From a virus, in the IMG/VR virus record IMGVR_UViG_3300046692_000130, positions 30,595 to 94,594 of that record: DNA of 64,000 nt; one strand, given 5' to 3'. This document shows, piece by piece, positions 10,301 to 18,384 of this stretch. Numbering within the stretch: the stretch's first letter is position 1; each line of letters opens with the position of its first letter. The notes beneath the pieces were generated by a model, which ran no database searches, was not told the DNA's origin, and saw only the letters and a list, made by a program, of their open reading frames with translations. Position numbers and translations under genes: made by a program.

Positions 10301-10984
10301 AACTCGATCACAATAAGCTGCAGCACGACGGCGGCACAAATCGGATACCCTTCAGGGACTACGATTGCTGCTTTGCTCCCTGACGGAGCAGGAAACTACA
10401 TCAACGAAGGCACCTGCGGTTCAGGTGGCACGATTACTGTAGACGGATCTCACACCACCAATGTTGTGCTTCCGACCCACGCCTACAACAGCTTCATCGG
10501 TGCGGGACAGTACAGGGTCGAGGCAAGTGGCGATATCTCGTTCCTACCATCGCAAACCACAGAGACAGGTGATACACACATAGCGAGAACAGGCGCGAAT
10601 GATGTATCAATCGGCTCAACCAAGGGCGCATCTGATGGCGCACTGCACGTCGGATCTCTGACCATCGGTGGCAACGCTGTATGTCAGTCAACCGGAACCA
10701 ATTGCCCATCGAGCGGTGGCGGTACCCCACTTGGCGGTACGGTGACTCTCACTTCCCCATCATCGGGAATCGAGGGAGGCATTTGTTGGAGCAACACTGT
10801 GACGGTAACCGGCGCAACAGTAGGACACGCTGTGGCTGTATCCACTGCTGACGGTAGCGACGGCAATGCATTCAGCATCGTGAAAGCGACCGTATCAGCG
10901 GCCAACACGATCAAGGTGCAGGAATGCGCGTATGCTACGGCACCGTTCGATCCGACTACAACCTACGCAGTGTCGACCTACTAA
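7394..10984 (+). CDS. Large beta-rich fibre/adhesin-like protein with Sec signal peptide (1196 aa)
   Basis: AAGGA RBS before ATG 7394; MKLMKYIASFLLVMFALLPMSFG-Q signal peptide; G/S/T/N-rich; 16 Cys in 8 consecutive pairs. Confidence 0.7.
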   Translation: MKLMKYIASFLLVMFALLPMSFGQAKQVAPAGGIDTPQINHLVICDNHYASLQQCVNVAGTTSSVLVPYAQHPGETYSNPHSVTVLDIRQTLPSGANPAGTIFQDQLNNGSGGLAAGITHGGPNNLDLLNPGAIQAFRLNYVTPGTDTQTYPHQHTNIYNSSSSKRYMSNDDITHTMLNLYIPSGGKNYSNQYSGGESTAFEKPNHAILTLNSLKQTEGQGGGYFASLVKNLGVGDTMMNTQQGVATGVSDGDDEGLKFFRANLIHNPSRFGMSITSIASDSYGNYVFRGTNTGSYNGLPSEGLPVINLSKDLNPSQTGNITDIRAYAADNRFAQVTPDTGINIATLLGNSTVSYTTSSIVPSNLSAGILTAKNGSGGLSSATVTVTNATGFTASSTIPVCIGSVAANYEQTYISAVNTSTNTLTLQYARYQHGTNDMVSQGGACGYAIAMSADEKAPGTVPANDLASQTTTLHNAYYVMGTISGNFIVYTNMHASADAVLHTAAYTNTTPLVAGTLTPSVGGGQLNGLAINGDANYSNYRGNFVGQTTLAYPTITFSGGGCTTQPVASVTSYARPSASQILPVITITNPGAGCSGSLTATMQSSYANPYHLYPATVSFKVIDPSAAIDPNTGEPSASGNYVMTEAVNPANWANGDTLEISGWWNQYAGSNVTLGTIYGGQSNNFSLRHALLFAGDWAGSEPVGNTLSGIVNRTPSSHYYSPNGPSPGVAYELPPDGFELGGMMKNSIWTSDAPTDSVMAVRCVSGGSFYVDALSPCNFGVAQSYHIWKGFTASNIAAYDSIDYNNGTRTITYNVPNFVFQNGNISFGSTSGFGTTPSFHTGLQIKHDNGVTFVNDNGPTQIIHICNPLFSASNVLGVGACHPRAGDTADYNFDGRWDAGYLNANVASRTPALSVSLAPPVFLGSATWSGTGSGHNYQFVFAAISPLGIMGPISADTLGVFNQGTLGGGNSITISCSTTAAQIGYPSGTTIAALLPDGAGNYINEGTCGSGGTITVDGSHTTNVVLPTHAYNSFIGAGQYRVEASGDISFLPSQTTETGDTHIARTGANDVSIGSTKGASDGALHVGSLTIGGNAVCQSTGTNCPSSGGGTPLGGTVTLTSPSSGIEGGICWSNTVTVTGATVGHAVAVSTADGSDGNAFSIVKATVSAANTIKVQECAYATAPFDPTTTYAVSTY

Positions 10985-11006
10985 ACGACAACGAAACACG
11001 AGCACT

Positions 11007-11045
11007 GGGCGATCTTCACCAAAACAGCGGTGGGTCGCCCTTTGT
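11007..11045 (+). terminator. Probable intrinsic terminator
   Basis: GGGCGATC..CACC/GGTG.GGTCGCCC stem followed by TTTGT. Confidence 0.5.
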
Positions 11046-11091
11046 GCTTCACAACACTACACGGGACTCCGTGACTCTGAGGTATTTTCTA

Positions 11092-11457
11092 ATGGCCATC
11101 CCAGCGCTTCAAATCACTGCAATCGCAGTGTCTGTCCTTGGCTTCTTGTTCGGCGGTGGGCTGCTCAAGTATTTGTCCAACCGTATTGAGGAGAAAGCGA
11201 TCATCAAGACGAAAGTCCTTGATCTTGAGAAGAGGGCAGACAAGCTCTCTGCGAAGATTCAGGCTCACGATACGACGATTGCTTTGCAGGGACAGAGTAT
11301 TGCTTCGCTCAGTGAGGCAATGAAGAAGCTCGACGATCTGCCCAAGATCCTTACTGCCTTGGGTGTGCTGGGCGAAAAGATCGCCTCAATCGAACGACAG
11401 TTGAATCGATTGGATGGGGTCAAGGGCGAACCAGACGACCCGTTTTGCCAGCGCTAA
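11092..11457 (+). CDS. Membrane-anchored coiled-coil protein (holin/lysis accessory-like)
   Basis: GAGGT RBS; N-terminal TM helix followed by heptad repeats. Confidence 0.5.
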   Translation: MAIPALQITAIAVSVLGFLFGGGLLKYLSNRIEEKAIIKTKVLDLEKRADKLSAKIQAHDTTIALQGQSIASLSEAMKKLDDLPKILTALGVLGEKIASIERQLNRLDGVKGEPDDPFCQR

Positions 11458-11460
11458 AAA

Positions 11461-11505
11461 CCAGCATAAAAACTATTGACTTCAGCGCGGACTGTGTTGT
11501 ACATT
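11461..11505 (+). promoter_or_regulatory. Sigma70-like promoter with CCAGCATAAAAACTA upstream element
   Basis: TTGACT-18-TACATT; same upstream sequence as three minus-strand promoters. Confidence 0.6.
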
Positions 11506-11548
11506 ACACATAGTCCTCGTTGCCTACCGGAAACGTGGAGATTGCATT

Positions 11549-12493
11549 TTGAAAACAGTGCGACCTCGGCTTACAGACGAACAGAAGTCTGTGATCCTTG
11601 CAAGCTTGCGTTATGGCGCTTCAAACCGTGCCATTGCGCGTGATCTAGCTGTCGATGAGAAGACTATTCGCCGCTTCAGGGCGTCTCTCGACGTAACAGA
11701 AAAACATGGACGGGAGGAGACCCTTGGGCAGTCGCATCTAAGCAACAACGCTGTAAAGCGCTTCATTGCAGTATCTGACATCCACTGGCCTTACGTCCAT
11801 AAACCCACCATCAAGCTCATCCTGAGTCTCCTTGGAGACATTCAGTTCGACGGGTTCGTCTTCCTCGGCGATCAGTTCGACAACTCCGTCATCAGCCACC
11901 ACAACAAGGGTAAGAACCTTCTCAAGCCGCGTGGTTCCTACTACGCAGAAGAGACGTCGTTCGACAAGGAATTCCTGCGCCCAGTTGAGCAGTTGATTGG
12001 CGACGGTAAGAAGATCTGGATCAAGGGAAACCACGATCACTGGGAGACCCAGTACGTCGAAGAGTTCCCTGAACTCGAAGGCAAGATCGAGCGCGACATC
12101 AGCCTCAAGCTGGAGGAGCGTGGTTGGGAAGTTGTTGAGTGTGGCAAGTCCTACACGTACGGCAAGCTTACCTATCTCCATGGTGAGACGCTGACCGGCG
12201 CACAACACGCTAAGAAGGCGCTGGAAGTCTTCTGCACCAACGTCCTGTACGGACACTTCCACAGCCCTCAGAGCGCGACCAAGGTGCTCCCACATAACCA
12301 GACACAGAAGTGGAGTGCATGGTGCAGCCCCATTGCTGGGGATTGCAACCCGTACTACATGCGTAACAAGCCGTCTGGCTGGGTGAATGGCTTCACGCTC
12401 ATCGAGTACACACGCAACGGAAACTTCAATCTCTACCCAATCATCACGAGCGGGAACGAGATCGCCTATGGAGGCAAGATCTACAAGGCATGA
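11549..12493 (+). CDS. Calcineurin-like metallophosphoesterase with N-terminal HTH
   Basis: SDIH, LGD, GNHD, HG and GHFH motifs; SNRAIARDLAVDEKTIRR HTH. Confidence 0.85.
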   Translation: MKTVRPRLTDEQKSVILASLRYGASNRAIARDLAVDEKTIRRFRASLDVTEKHGREETLGQSHLSNNAVKRFIAVSDIHWPYVHKPTIKLILSLLGDIQFDGFVFLGDQFDNSVISHHNKGKNLLKPRGSYYAEETSFDKEFLRPVEQLIGDGKKIWIKGNHDHWETQYVEEFPELEGKIERDISLKLEERGWEVVECGKSYTYGKLTYLHGETLTGAQHAKKALEVFCTNVLYGHFHSPQSATKVLPHNQTQKWSAWCSPIAGDCNPYYMRNKPSGWVNGFTLIEYTRNGNFNLYPIITSGNEIAYGGKIYKA

Positions 12494-12536
12494 CAAGCTA
12501 TACAGCCAGCAACATACTGGAGCGGATTCGCAAATA

Positions 12537-13187
12537 ATGCAACCCAGCCCCAAGACACCACTCATCATTGCATTCGGTTACAAGGCACAGTCGGGCAAGG
12601 GGGAAAGCGCTGAGACCATTCGGCGCTCCCGCTCGACCTTCAGTGGCCACATCGGTATCTTCAGCTTCGCTACGGCGCTCCGCGACGAGATCCATGGCGC
12701 TGTGCTCGATCTGATCGAGAAGACAGGTGTGACGCCACAGTTGGCCTTGCAGGAGCTTTGCTCCAAGTTTGGGGTCACCTACGACGAGAACGCCAAGGTC
12801 GACAAGCTCAACCCATGGGGCAAGCAACGCGCCCTCCAGCAGTACTGGGGAACTGAGTATCGGCGCGCACAAGATCCACAGTATTGGGTCAAGAAGCTGC
12901 ACACGTCCATCGCCGACAGTTGCGTTGATATCGCGCTGATCGACGACATGCGATTCCCTAACGAGTACGCATGGGCAGATACCAATGGCTACACCGTGAA
13001 GGTTGAACGTCGTGACTTCGCCGGTCTTGAAGGTGATGCAGCAATGCACTCATCGGAGACCAGCTTGGACGGCTATGACTTCGACTACTACATCTCTGCA
13101 GGTGCTGATGGCCTTGCAGAGTTGCGCGCACAGGCTCTGCATGTGTTCGACACCGTCCTTGAACTTTTCCAAACGAAAGAGAAGTAA
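12537..13187 (+). CDS. Deoxynucleoside monophosphate kinase
   Basis: GYKAQSGK, SFA.LR, LQQYWGTE, DDMRFPNE and HSSET motifs. Confidence 0.85.
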   Translation: MQPSPKTPLIIAFGYKAQSGKGESAETIRRSRSTFSGHIGIFSFATALRDEIHGAVLDLIEKTGVTPQLALQELCSKFGVTYDENAKVDKLNPWGKQRALQQYWGTEYRRAQDPQYWVKKLHTSIADSCVDIALIDDMRFPNEYAWADTNGYTVKVERRDFAGLEGDAAMHSSETSLDGYDFDYYISAGADGLAELRAQALHVFDTVLELFQTKEK

Positions 13188-13193
13188 CCAGCA

Positions 13194-13328
13194 ATGACTC
13201 AGACAGACCGGACGTACCGAGGAGGCACGTTCGCCGAACTCATCAAGCAGTATCACCACGACCGCATCACCACCGATCCACAGTACAAGGCTGCGGTTGA
13301 AGCTGCCAAAGGAAGTAATCGCAAGTGA
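13194..13328 (+). CDS. Small hypothetical protein (44 aa)
   Basis: ATG-TGA ORF fills the gap and overlaps the next start (GTGA). Confidence 0.45.
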   Translation: MTQTDRTYRGGTFAELIKQYHHDRITTDPQYKAAVEAAKGSNRK

Positions 13329-13579
13329 TTCTCAACCCAATGGACGCGGTGCTCGTAGCCTACATCGCCCTTCTGAACGTCAACGCCCTCGTCATCTCTA
13401 TGAATCCACCCAAGAGTGAAGACGGCGTGTACGCGTTCTTTTACCGGTACACGAGGCAGATCACCAACACCGTCGACACGATCTTTGAACGTCGATACAA
13501 CCTCACCGTTCCCCACGCTGCCCTGCTCGATCCGAAGCCAGAACAGGTGGAAACCGAAAACCCTACTCAGGAGAAATAA
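13325..13579 (+). CDS. Small membrane protein (possible lysis accessory)
   Basis: N-terminal hydrophobic helix; operon context. Confidence 0.5.
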   Translation: MILNPMDAVLVAYIALLNVNALVISMNPPKSEDGVYAFFYRYTRQITNTVDTIFERRYNLTVPHAALLDPKPEQVETENPTQEK

Positions 13580-13581
13580 TC

Positions 13582-13992
13582 TTGGCAAACAAGTTCGAAT
13601 CATTTTTGAAGAAGGTCGGCACTGTAACTGAGCATGGTCTGGAGAAGATCCTGCCCATCGCAATTCGTGCTGCGACCGTCGCTGTGCCTGTACTGGCAGT
13701 GTCTGGCAATGCACCGGCTGCAGCAGTCATTCAGACCATCATCGGCATCGTCGTTCAGACAGAGCAGAAGTATGCAGCCACTCCCGGCACCGGCCAGCAG
13801 AAGTTCGCTGAAGCTGTCGCTGTCGCCTCCCCGGCTGTCACCGCGCTGCTGTCCAACGCTGGCGTCACTGTCAACGCTACGACCGTCAACGCGTGGGTTC
13901 AGGTCGTTGTCGATGCCCTCAACATGGTACCGGCTGCTGAACTCGATGCTGCAATCGTCGCCGCTGGCGTCCAGACTGTGAAGGCTGCTTAG
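13582..13992 (+). CDS. Holin-like hydrophobic protein (LL-H holin-like)
   Basis: GGAG RBS; hydrophobic helices; VQTEQKY..GTGQQKF resembles the EQ...G.EK motif. Confidence 0.45.
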   Translation: MANKFESFLKKVGTVTEHGLEKILPIAIRAATVAVPVLAVSGNAPAAAVIQTIIGIVVQTEQKYAATPGTGQQKFAEAVAVASPAVTALLSNAGVTVNATTVNAWVQVVVDALNMVPAAELDAAIVAAGVQTVKAA

Positions 13993-13995
13993 TCC

Positions 13996-14571
13996 ATGGC
14001 AACTCACATCGCAGACGTCGTGAGTAGTGGGTTGCCGTTGCTCACCAAGGAAGAGTTTGTTGCCCAGATCAAGGACGGTGACATGCTCTTCCTCGGTGGC
14101 GACTACCTGATCTCGCACCTGATTGAGAAGCGCACAGGATCGCCATGGAGCCACGTAGGCATGCTCTTCACTGAGCAGAACACCAAGGCTGTACTTTGCC
14201 TCGAAGCAGTGCATGAGGCTGGCATTCGCATAGGTAGCCTCGATCATTACATGAACCACTACAAGGGTACGGCCATCCTTGCGCGCATCCCCACGGCCAG
14301 CTATGAGCAGTTCAAGAAGGCACTCAACGTCGGCATCTTGAAGCTCGATGGCGGCTACGACACCAACCAGTTGCTCCAGATCGGCGCACAGGCCGTGCTG
14401 CCCTTTGTGAAGCCTACGTCAAGCGACGACTCTGCATTCTGCTCTGGCTTGATGGAGATAGTCTGGACGGCTGCAGGTGTGCAATTGAATCACAACGCCC
14501 ACGGCAACCTCTCCCCTGAAGAACTTTGGAACCAGCCCCTCGTCGTAGGGATCTGCGGTACCCAACTCTAA
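13996..14571 (+). CDS. Permuted papain-like NlpC/P60 protein (YiiX/YebB family)
   Basis: GD, SPWSHVG, YD and FCSGL motifs. Confidence 0.8.
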   Translation: MATHIADVVSSGLPLLTKEEFVAQIKDGDMLFLGGDYLISHLIEKRTGSPWSHVGMLFTEQNTKAVLCLEAVHEAGIRIGSLDHYMNHYKGTAILARIPTASYEQFKKALNVGILKLDGGYDTNQLLQIGAQAVLPFVKPTSSDDSAFCSGLMEIVWTAAGVQLNHNAHGNLSPEELWNQPLVVGICGTQL

Positions 14572-14582
14572 TTTCATATCTC

Positions 14583-14618
14583 GCCCATCGTCCCTCACAC
14601 GGATGGTGGGCTTCTTTT
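14583..14618 (+). terminator. Intrinsic terminator
   Basis: GCCCATCGTCC..GGATGGTGGGC followed by TTCTTTT. Confidence 0.65.
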
Positions 14619-14635
14619 CCCGTTTAGGAGCCATT

Positions 14636-14893
14636 TTGTCAAAGCTTGAACTCGTCCAACCCACAACCCCAACCCCCAAACCAGACGACCATCTACTGAC
14701 CATGGATGAAGTCGCTACCATGCTAGGCGTCAGCATCAGCTTCGTGAAGAATCACTCGACACGCGTCAAGCCATTCATCCCTTCAGTGAAGTGGGGTGAC
14801 GAAGGAACACGGTCGACGCGCCGGTACCGCAAAGCCGACATCATGAAGTTCATCGAAGACCACTTGGAGAACCGGCCTCGCAAGACGGCATAG
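14636..14893 (+). CDS. xis: Excisionase / HTH_17 recombination directionality factor
   Basis: LLTMDEVATMLGVS...RYRKADI; directly upstream of integrase; TTG after AGGAG. Confidence 0.75.
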   Translation: MSKLELVQPTTPTPKPDDHLLTMDEVATMLGVSISFVKNHSTRVKPFIPSVKWGDEGTRSTRRYRKADIMKFIEDHLENRPRKTA

Positions 14894-14946
14894 GCAGCAT
14901 TTTGCTTGTTGCATTCATCATTGTTTGAGCGGTATAGTGAAACATT

Positions 14947-16158
14947 ATGACCAGAGCACGATTCCAAGAAGGATCGCTCCAGATCAAGGGCAAGGGCGCG
15001 AAGGCTGAGTACTTCACGCGGATCCGTGTCTATGACGACATAACTGGGAAGTCCACCCAGCCACGCATCTCGCTCGGCCTCGTCTCCAAGATGAGCAAGC
15101 GCGAAGCCCTGAAGAAGAGGGCAGAGATCATCGGAGAACGTCTTCACCAGTTGCCGAAGTCTGCGCCGACTGCCTCCATGCGTGGATCCACCACACTTGA
15201 GAACTTCTACCGTGAGCGCTTCCTGATCATGAAGTCTCATTGGAGCCAAGCCCAGCGCGACAGCTTCGCATACATCATGGACAGCTTCGTCCTGCCCCGG
15301 TTCGGCAAGTATGCCATCAGCGACATCGACAAGGTTCTGGTGCAGAGTCTTCTCAACTCTCTTGAGGAAAAGTACAGCAAGAGCACACTGACCCACGTAC
15401 GCACCAAGATGGTCGAAGTCTTCGAAGAGGCTGTCGAGCAGGACTACGCAGTAAAGAACCCCGCCGCGAAGACCAAGATCCCGGCTGGAGCGCGCCTACC
15501 AGAGCGGCCCGTCCTGACGTCTGAATGGCTCATGCAGATCATCGCCAAGGTCACCGACGCCCGGGACAAGGCAGTGTTCATGGTGGCCACCTTCTGCGCC
15601 CTACGTACCAGTGAGGCGTTCGGTCTTCCATGGGGCAACTTCCACCACGATGAAGCGACCGGCACCGGCTGGTTCCTGATCGACCAGATCGCGTACCGAG
15701 GCAAGCGCTACAAGCGCACCAAGAACGACGCCAGCAAGGCCCGGGTGCATATCAGCAAGAAGACGCTGGCGGCAATCCTCCAGTGGCAGAAGGAGTGCAA
15801 AGACACGAGTCCTGACGCTCTGATGTTCCCCAGCACGAACAAGAATGGCCGGTCGAAGAAAGGCGCGCCTATGTACCCACCTACGTGGCTCCAGAAGCGC
15901 CTACAACCGATTGCTGACTCTCTGGGTATCCCATTCAAGGTCAACTTCAGGGCGACCCGTAGGACGGCCATTACGCTGGTACAGGAGCAAGGATCCTCAC
16001 TGGCTTCGGCTCAGGGTATGGCTCGGCATGCATCGCCCAAGTCGACGTCCGAGATCTACACACAGATCGTGCCAGAGAACGTGAAGAAGGCAGTCAACGA
16101 CTATGAAGAGATGGTGTTTGCTGCGAAGCCTAAAGCCAAACTCACCCGAGTGAAATAG
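14947..16158 (+). CDS. int: Tyrosine integrase
   Basis: N-terminal RFQEGSL arm domain; LRTSE, TKN, RATRR, ARH and IYT catalytic motifs. Confidence 0.93.
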   Translation: MTRARFQEGSLQIKGKGAKAEYFTRIRVYDDITGKSTQPRISLGLVSKMSKREALKKRAEIIGERLHQLPKSAPTASMRGSTTLENFYRERFLIMKSHWSQAQRDSFAYIMDSFVLPRFGKYAISDIDKVLVQSLLNSLEEKYSKSTLTHVRTKMVEVFEEAVEQDYAVKNPAAKTKIPAGARLPERPVLTSEWLMQIIAKVTDARDKAVFMVATFCALRTSEAFGLPWGNFHHDEATGTGWFLIDQIAYRGKRYKRTKNDASKARVHISKKTLAAILQWQKECKDTSPDALMFPSTNKNGRSKKGAPMYPPTWLQKRLQPIADSLGIPFKVNFRATRRTAITLVQEQGSSLASAQGMARHASPKSTSEIYTQIVPENVKKAVNDYEEMVFAAKPKAKLTRVK

Positions 16159-16178
16159 AGCAACCAGATCTGTAGCAG

Positions 16179-16203
16179 AGGGTCACCTTCGGGTGGCCTT
16201 TTC
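16179..16203 (+). terminator. Intrinsic terminator after int
   Basis: AGGGTCACC-TTCG-GGTGGCCTT followed by a T-run. Confidence 0.75.
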
Positions 16204-16216
16204 TGTTGCCTAAATC

Positions 16217-16404
16217 GTGGCACAACAGTGGCACAATAAGGAGCACAATGGGGTACTTAGAGCACTTATAGCACTCAAAAACCCCAGTAAATACGCTATG
16301 CACCACGAATCGAACTGCCTTACAAGCAGAATTTCTGTGGCTGGAACCGCCTTAATTTGCAGTAAGATACAAAAATTGTGTGGCACAAAACGGCACAATA
16401 AGGA
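16217..16404. other. Putative attP: GGCACAA arm-type repeats flanking core CTGCCTTACAAGCAG (16315-16329)
   Basis: GTGGCACAA at 16217, 16228, 16380 and CGGCACAA at 16391; central 13 bp identical to the tRNA-Val anticodon arm. Confidence 0.7.
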
Positions 16405-16411
16405 AGTAAAC

Positions 16412-16488
16412 GGGCGGTTAGCTCAGTTGGTTAGAGCGGGTGCCTTACAAGCACTAGGTCGGGGGTTCGAATCCCTCACTGCCCACCA
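16412..16488 (+). tRNA. tRNA-Val(TAC)
   Basis: Full cloverleaf: GGGCGGT/ACTGCCC acceptor, CTTACAA anticodon loop, TTCGAAT T-loop, encoded CCA. Confidence 0.96.
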
Positions 16489-16768
16489 CAAACACCCCCG
16501 CCCCGCCCCCATGGCGACACACTGGGATCTCCTGAAAATAAAGTTCTCTGAGAGTGAAGGCTTGGGAACTGCTACGCCCGAGTGAAATAGGCGTGTCCGG
16601 TGTGATTTCTGTATCTTACTGATTTTAATTAACTTATGGGACACAAGTAGTATTCGCATGTCATTGCAAAAGAATGCACTTGTAGGAATCAAGAACGGTA
16701 TGGGATACTCGCTGCCATCTCACGGGCCGCGCTTCTAAATTGAGCTTTACAGAAGGGCACCAACTCTC

Positions 16769-17617
16769 ATGAATCGTAGATCGTTCCTTACATCGGCAGG
16801 TGCTACTGCAGCCTGTCTTGCGACTGCTGGCGGGTCTACCTCCCGCAAGCTATTTGCCCAAGATGTTGACCCCGGCCTCCTCAATGCTTGTGTCGATAAC
16901 AACGCAATTGCTGCGGCCAACATGTACTACAACTCTGCAGGGGCCGGTGACTTCTACGGACTCGCATGGGCGAACTCAACCCTCGCACAGCATTGCAGGG
17001 ATACCGGAGTTGATGCCGCCTTCAACCAAACAGCCTTATGGCTCTCACCGGGTCAACTCAACCCAAGCCAAGTCGATGTAGCAGGGGTCACGGCCAACAT
17101 ACAACGGTTCTGCCCTGATCTTCAGGTGTCAGATATGCAGGACATCTTCAATCGGCTCCCGACTGATCCCGACTCGATTGCTTCAGGTCTTGCAACCGTG
17201 CAACAGTATGGCCTTTCCTCGATGCTAGATTCCTCCGCTGCTGGTTATTATGCGAAGGCAGGCTACCTCTCAGGTAACGGCGAACCCACTCCTATTGCAT
17301 ACAAGGGAACTCGCACTCCCTCATATCCCCGCGTCATCAACAAGGTTCATCGTCCGCAGATGAAGCCACATCTCCAGAAAGCGATGTACGCCTTTCGTCC
17401 TTTCATGACGATTACTCCAGAAGGTGGCGCACCACCTCACAAGCCGTATACCTGTGAGAGCGATAACAGGATGCAAGCGGCGTTCGGTACGTTCACATTC
17501 ATGGTCACCATAGTCTGTATGGCTGGTTGGGTTACAGGGCTGGTATGTGGCCCGGTCTTCGGTATAATCTCAGGCGTCTGGCTGATCGGTCATATCGCAG
17601 TTTGTGGCGGCGTATAA
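16769..17617 (+). CDS. Tat-exported protein with hydrophobic Cys-containing C-terminal hairpin (bacteriocin precursor-like moron)
   Basis: MNRRSFL twin-arginine signal; C-terminal ~55 aa hydrophobic with 4 Cys. Confidence 0.65.
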   Translation: MNRRSFLTSAGATAACLATAGGSTSRKLFAQDVDPGLLNACVDNNAIAAANMYYNSAGAGDFYGLAWANSTLAQHCRDTGVDAAFNQTALWLSPGQLNPSQVDVAGVTANIQRFCPDLQVSDMQDIFNRLPTDPDSIASGLATVQQYGLSSMLDSSAAGYYAKAGYLSGNGEPTPIAYKGTRTPSYPRVINKVHRPQMKPHLQKAMYAFRPFMTITPEGGAPPHKPYTCESDNRMQAAFGTFTFMVTIVCMAGWVTGLVCGPVFGIISGVWLIGHIAVCGGV

Positions 17618-17626
17618 GGAGAGTCT

Positions 17627-17845
17627 ATGGTCACTTTAGCGAACTTCGTAGCGCATCACGCTTTCTGGGTCAATGTGTGCATGGTCACGTTGATCATTGC
17701 CAATACCATCGGGATAACTCTGTACAAGAAGAGGCACTCCAACCAACTGCCACAGGGGAAGACAAAGGCCATCCTCATCATTGGATATGGCCTCGCTGCC
17801 GTCTTCGGTTGCTTTGTTGTAGGTGTCCTGTCGGCGCGCGGCTGA
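17627..17845 (+). CDS. Small two-TM membrane protein (possible immunity protein)
   Basis: AAGGAG RBS; two TM helices separated by a basic loop. Confidence 0.6.
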   Translation: MVTLANFVAHHAFWVNVCMVTLIIANTIGITLYKKRHSNQLPQGKTKAILIIGYGLAAVFGCFVVGVLSARG

Positions 17846-17854
17846 TTTCAGGCA

Positions 17855-17894
17855 AGAAAATGCCCCTTAGGATTGATCTCCTAAGGGGCTAATT
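17855..17894. terminator. Terminator between convergent arms
   Basis: GCCCCTTAGGA-loop-TCCTAAGGGGC with A/T runs on both sides. Confidence 0.75.
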
Positions 17895-17917
17895 TGCGGT
17901 TATGTTTTGTGTGGAAT

Positions 17918-18127
17918 CTAGCCGACTTCTTCTCCCTCGTAAGCTCCCGGCAATACGGTGAACAAGTTCAGTCCCTTTTCTTTACGTTCAGCGTTAGCCT
18001 TAGTGACGCACGGCTCACAAACAGGTTGTCTCGTGCCGTCGATGCGAAGAGAAGGTACCAGATCAGGGTTGTAGTTGAAGACCTTACCACAGAGGACGCA
18101 GGGCGACATACAAGTCATGTACCCCAT
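17918..18127 (-). CDS. Small Zn-finger hypothetical protein
   Basis: CVLC...CEPC. Confidence 0.55.
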   Translation of the reverse strand: MGYMTCMSPCVLCGKVFNYNPDLVPSLRIDGTRQPVCEPCVTKANAERKEKGLNLFTVLPGAYEGEEVG

Positions 18128-18129
18128 GG

Positions 18130-18384
18130 CTACGCCGCTACCTTCATCTGCTTTGAGATCCTGATGTGATCGCTGCCTCGTAACCAGTTCTCGCGAACGT
18201 CGCCGTTGGTGACCGTCTTGCCGTCTACCACGAGGTAGGTATCTCCGTCTGGGCCAAGAGAGTTGAGCCAGTCGGCGGTCGTCACGCCACTGCAGAAGCC
18301 CTTGTTCGCCCAGCGCGTTTGGCAACCGCCGCTACCGTTGACACCCTGCCCATCGTGTACAGCTTCGACCATGGTTGTCTTCAT
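18130..18384 (-). CDS. Hypothetical protein
   Basis: ATGA-coupled to hicB. Confidence 0.55.
   Translation of the reverse strand: MKTTMVEAVHDGQGVNGSGGCQTRWANKGFCSGVTTADWLNSLGPDGDTYLVVDGKTVTNGDVRENWLRGSDHIRISKQMKVAA

Noticed and set aside
16412-16488. tRNA as a host gene marking a prophage boundary
   Set aside because: Phage-type genes and the same CCAGCATAAAAACTATTG promoter motif occur on both sides, which fits one unintegrated genome better.
16217-16692. ORFs 16217-16585, 16210-16398 and 16423-16692
   Set aside because: They overlap attP and the tRNA and show no protein-like features.
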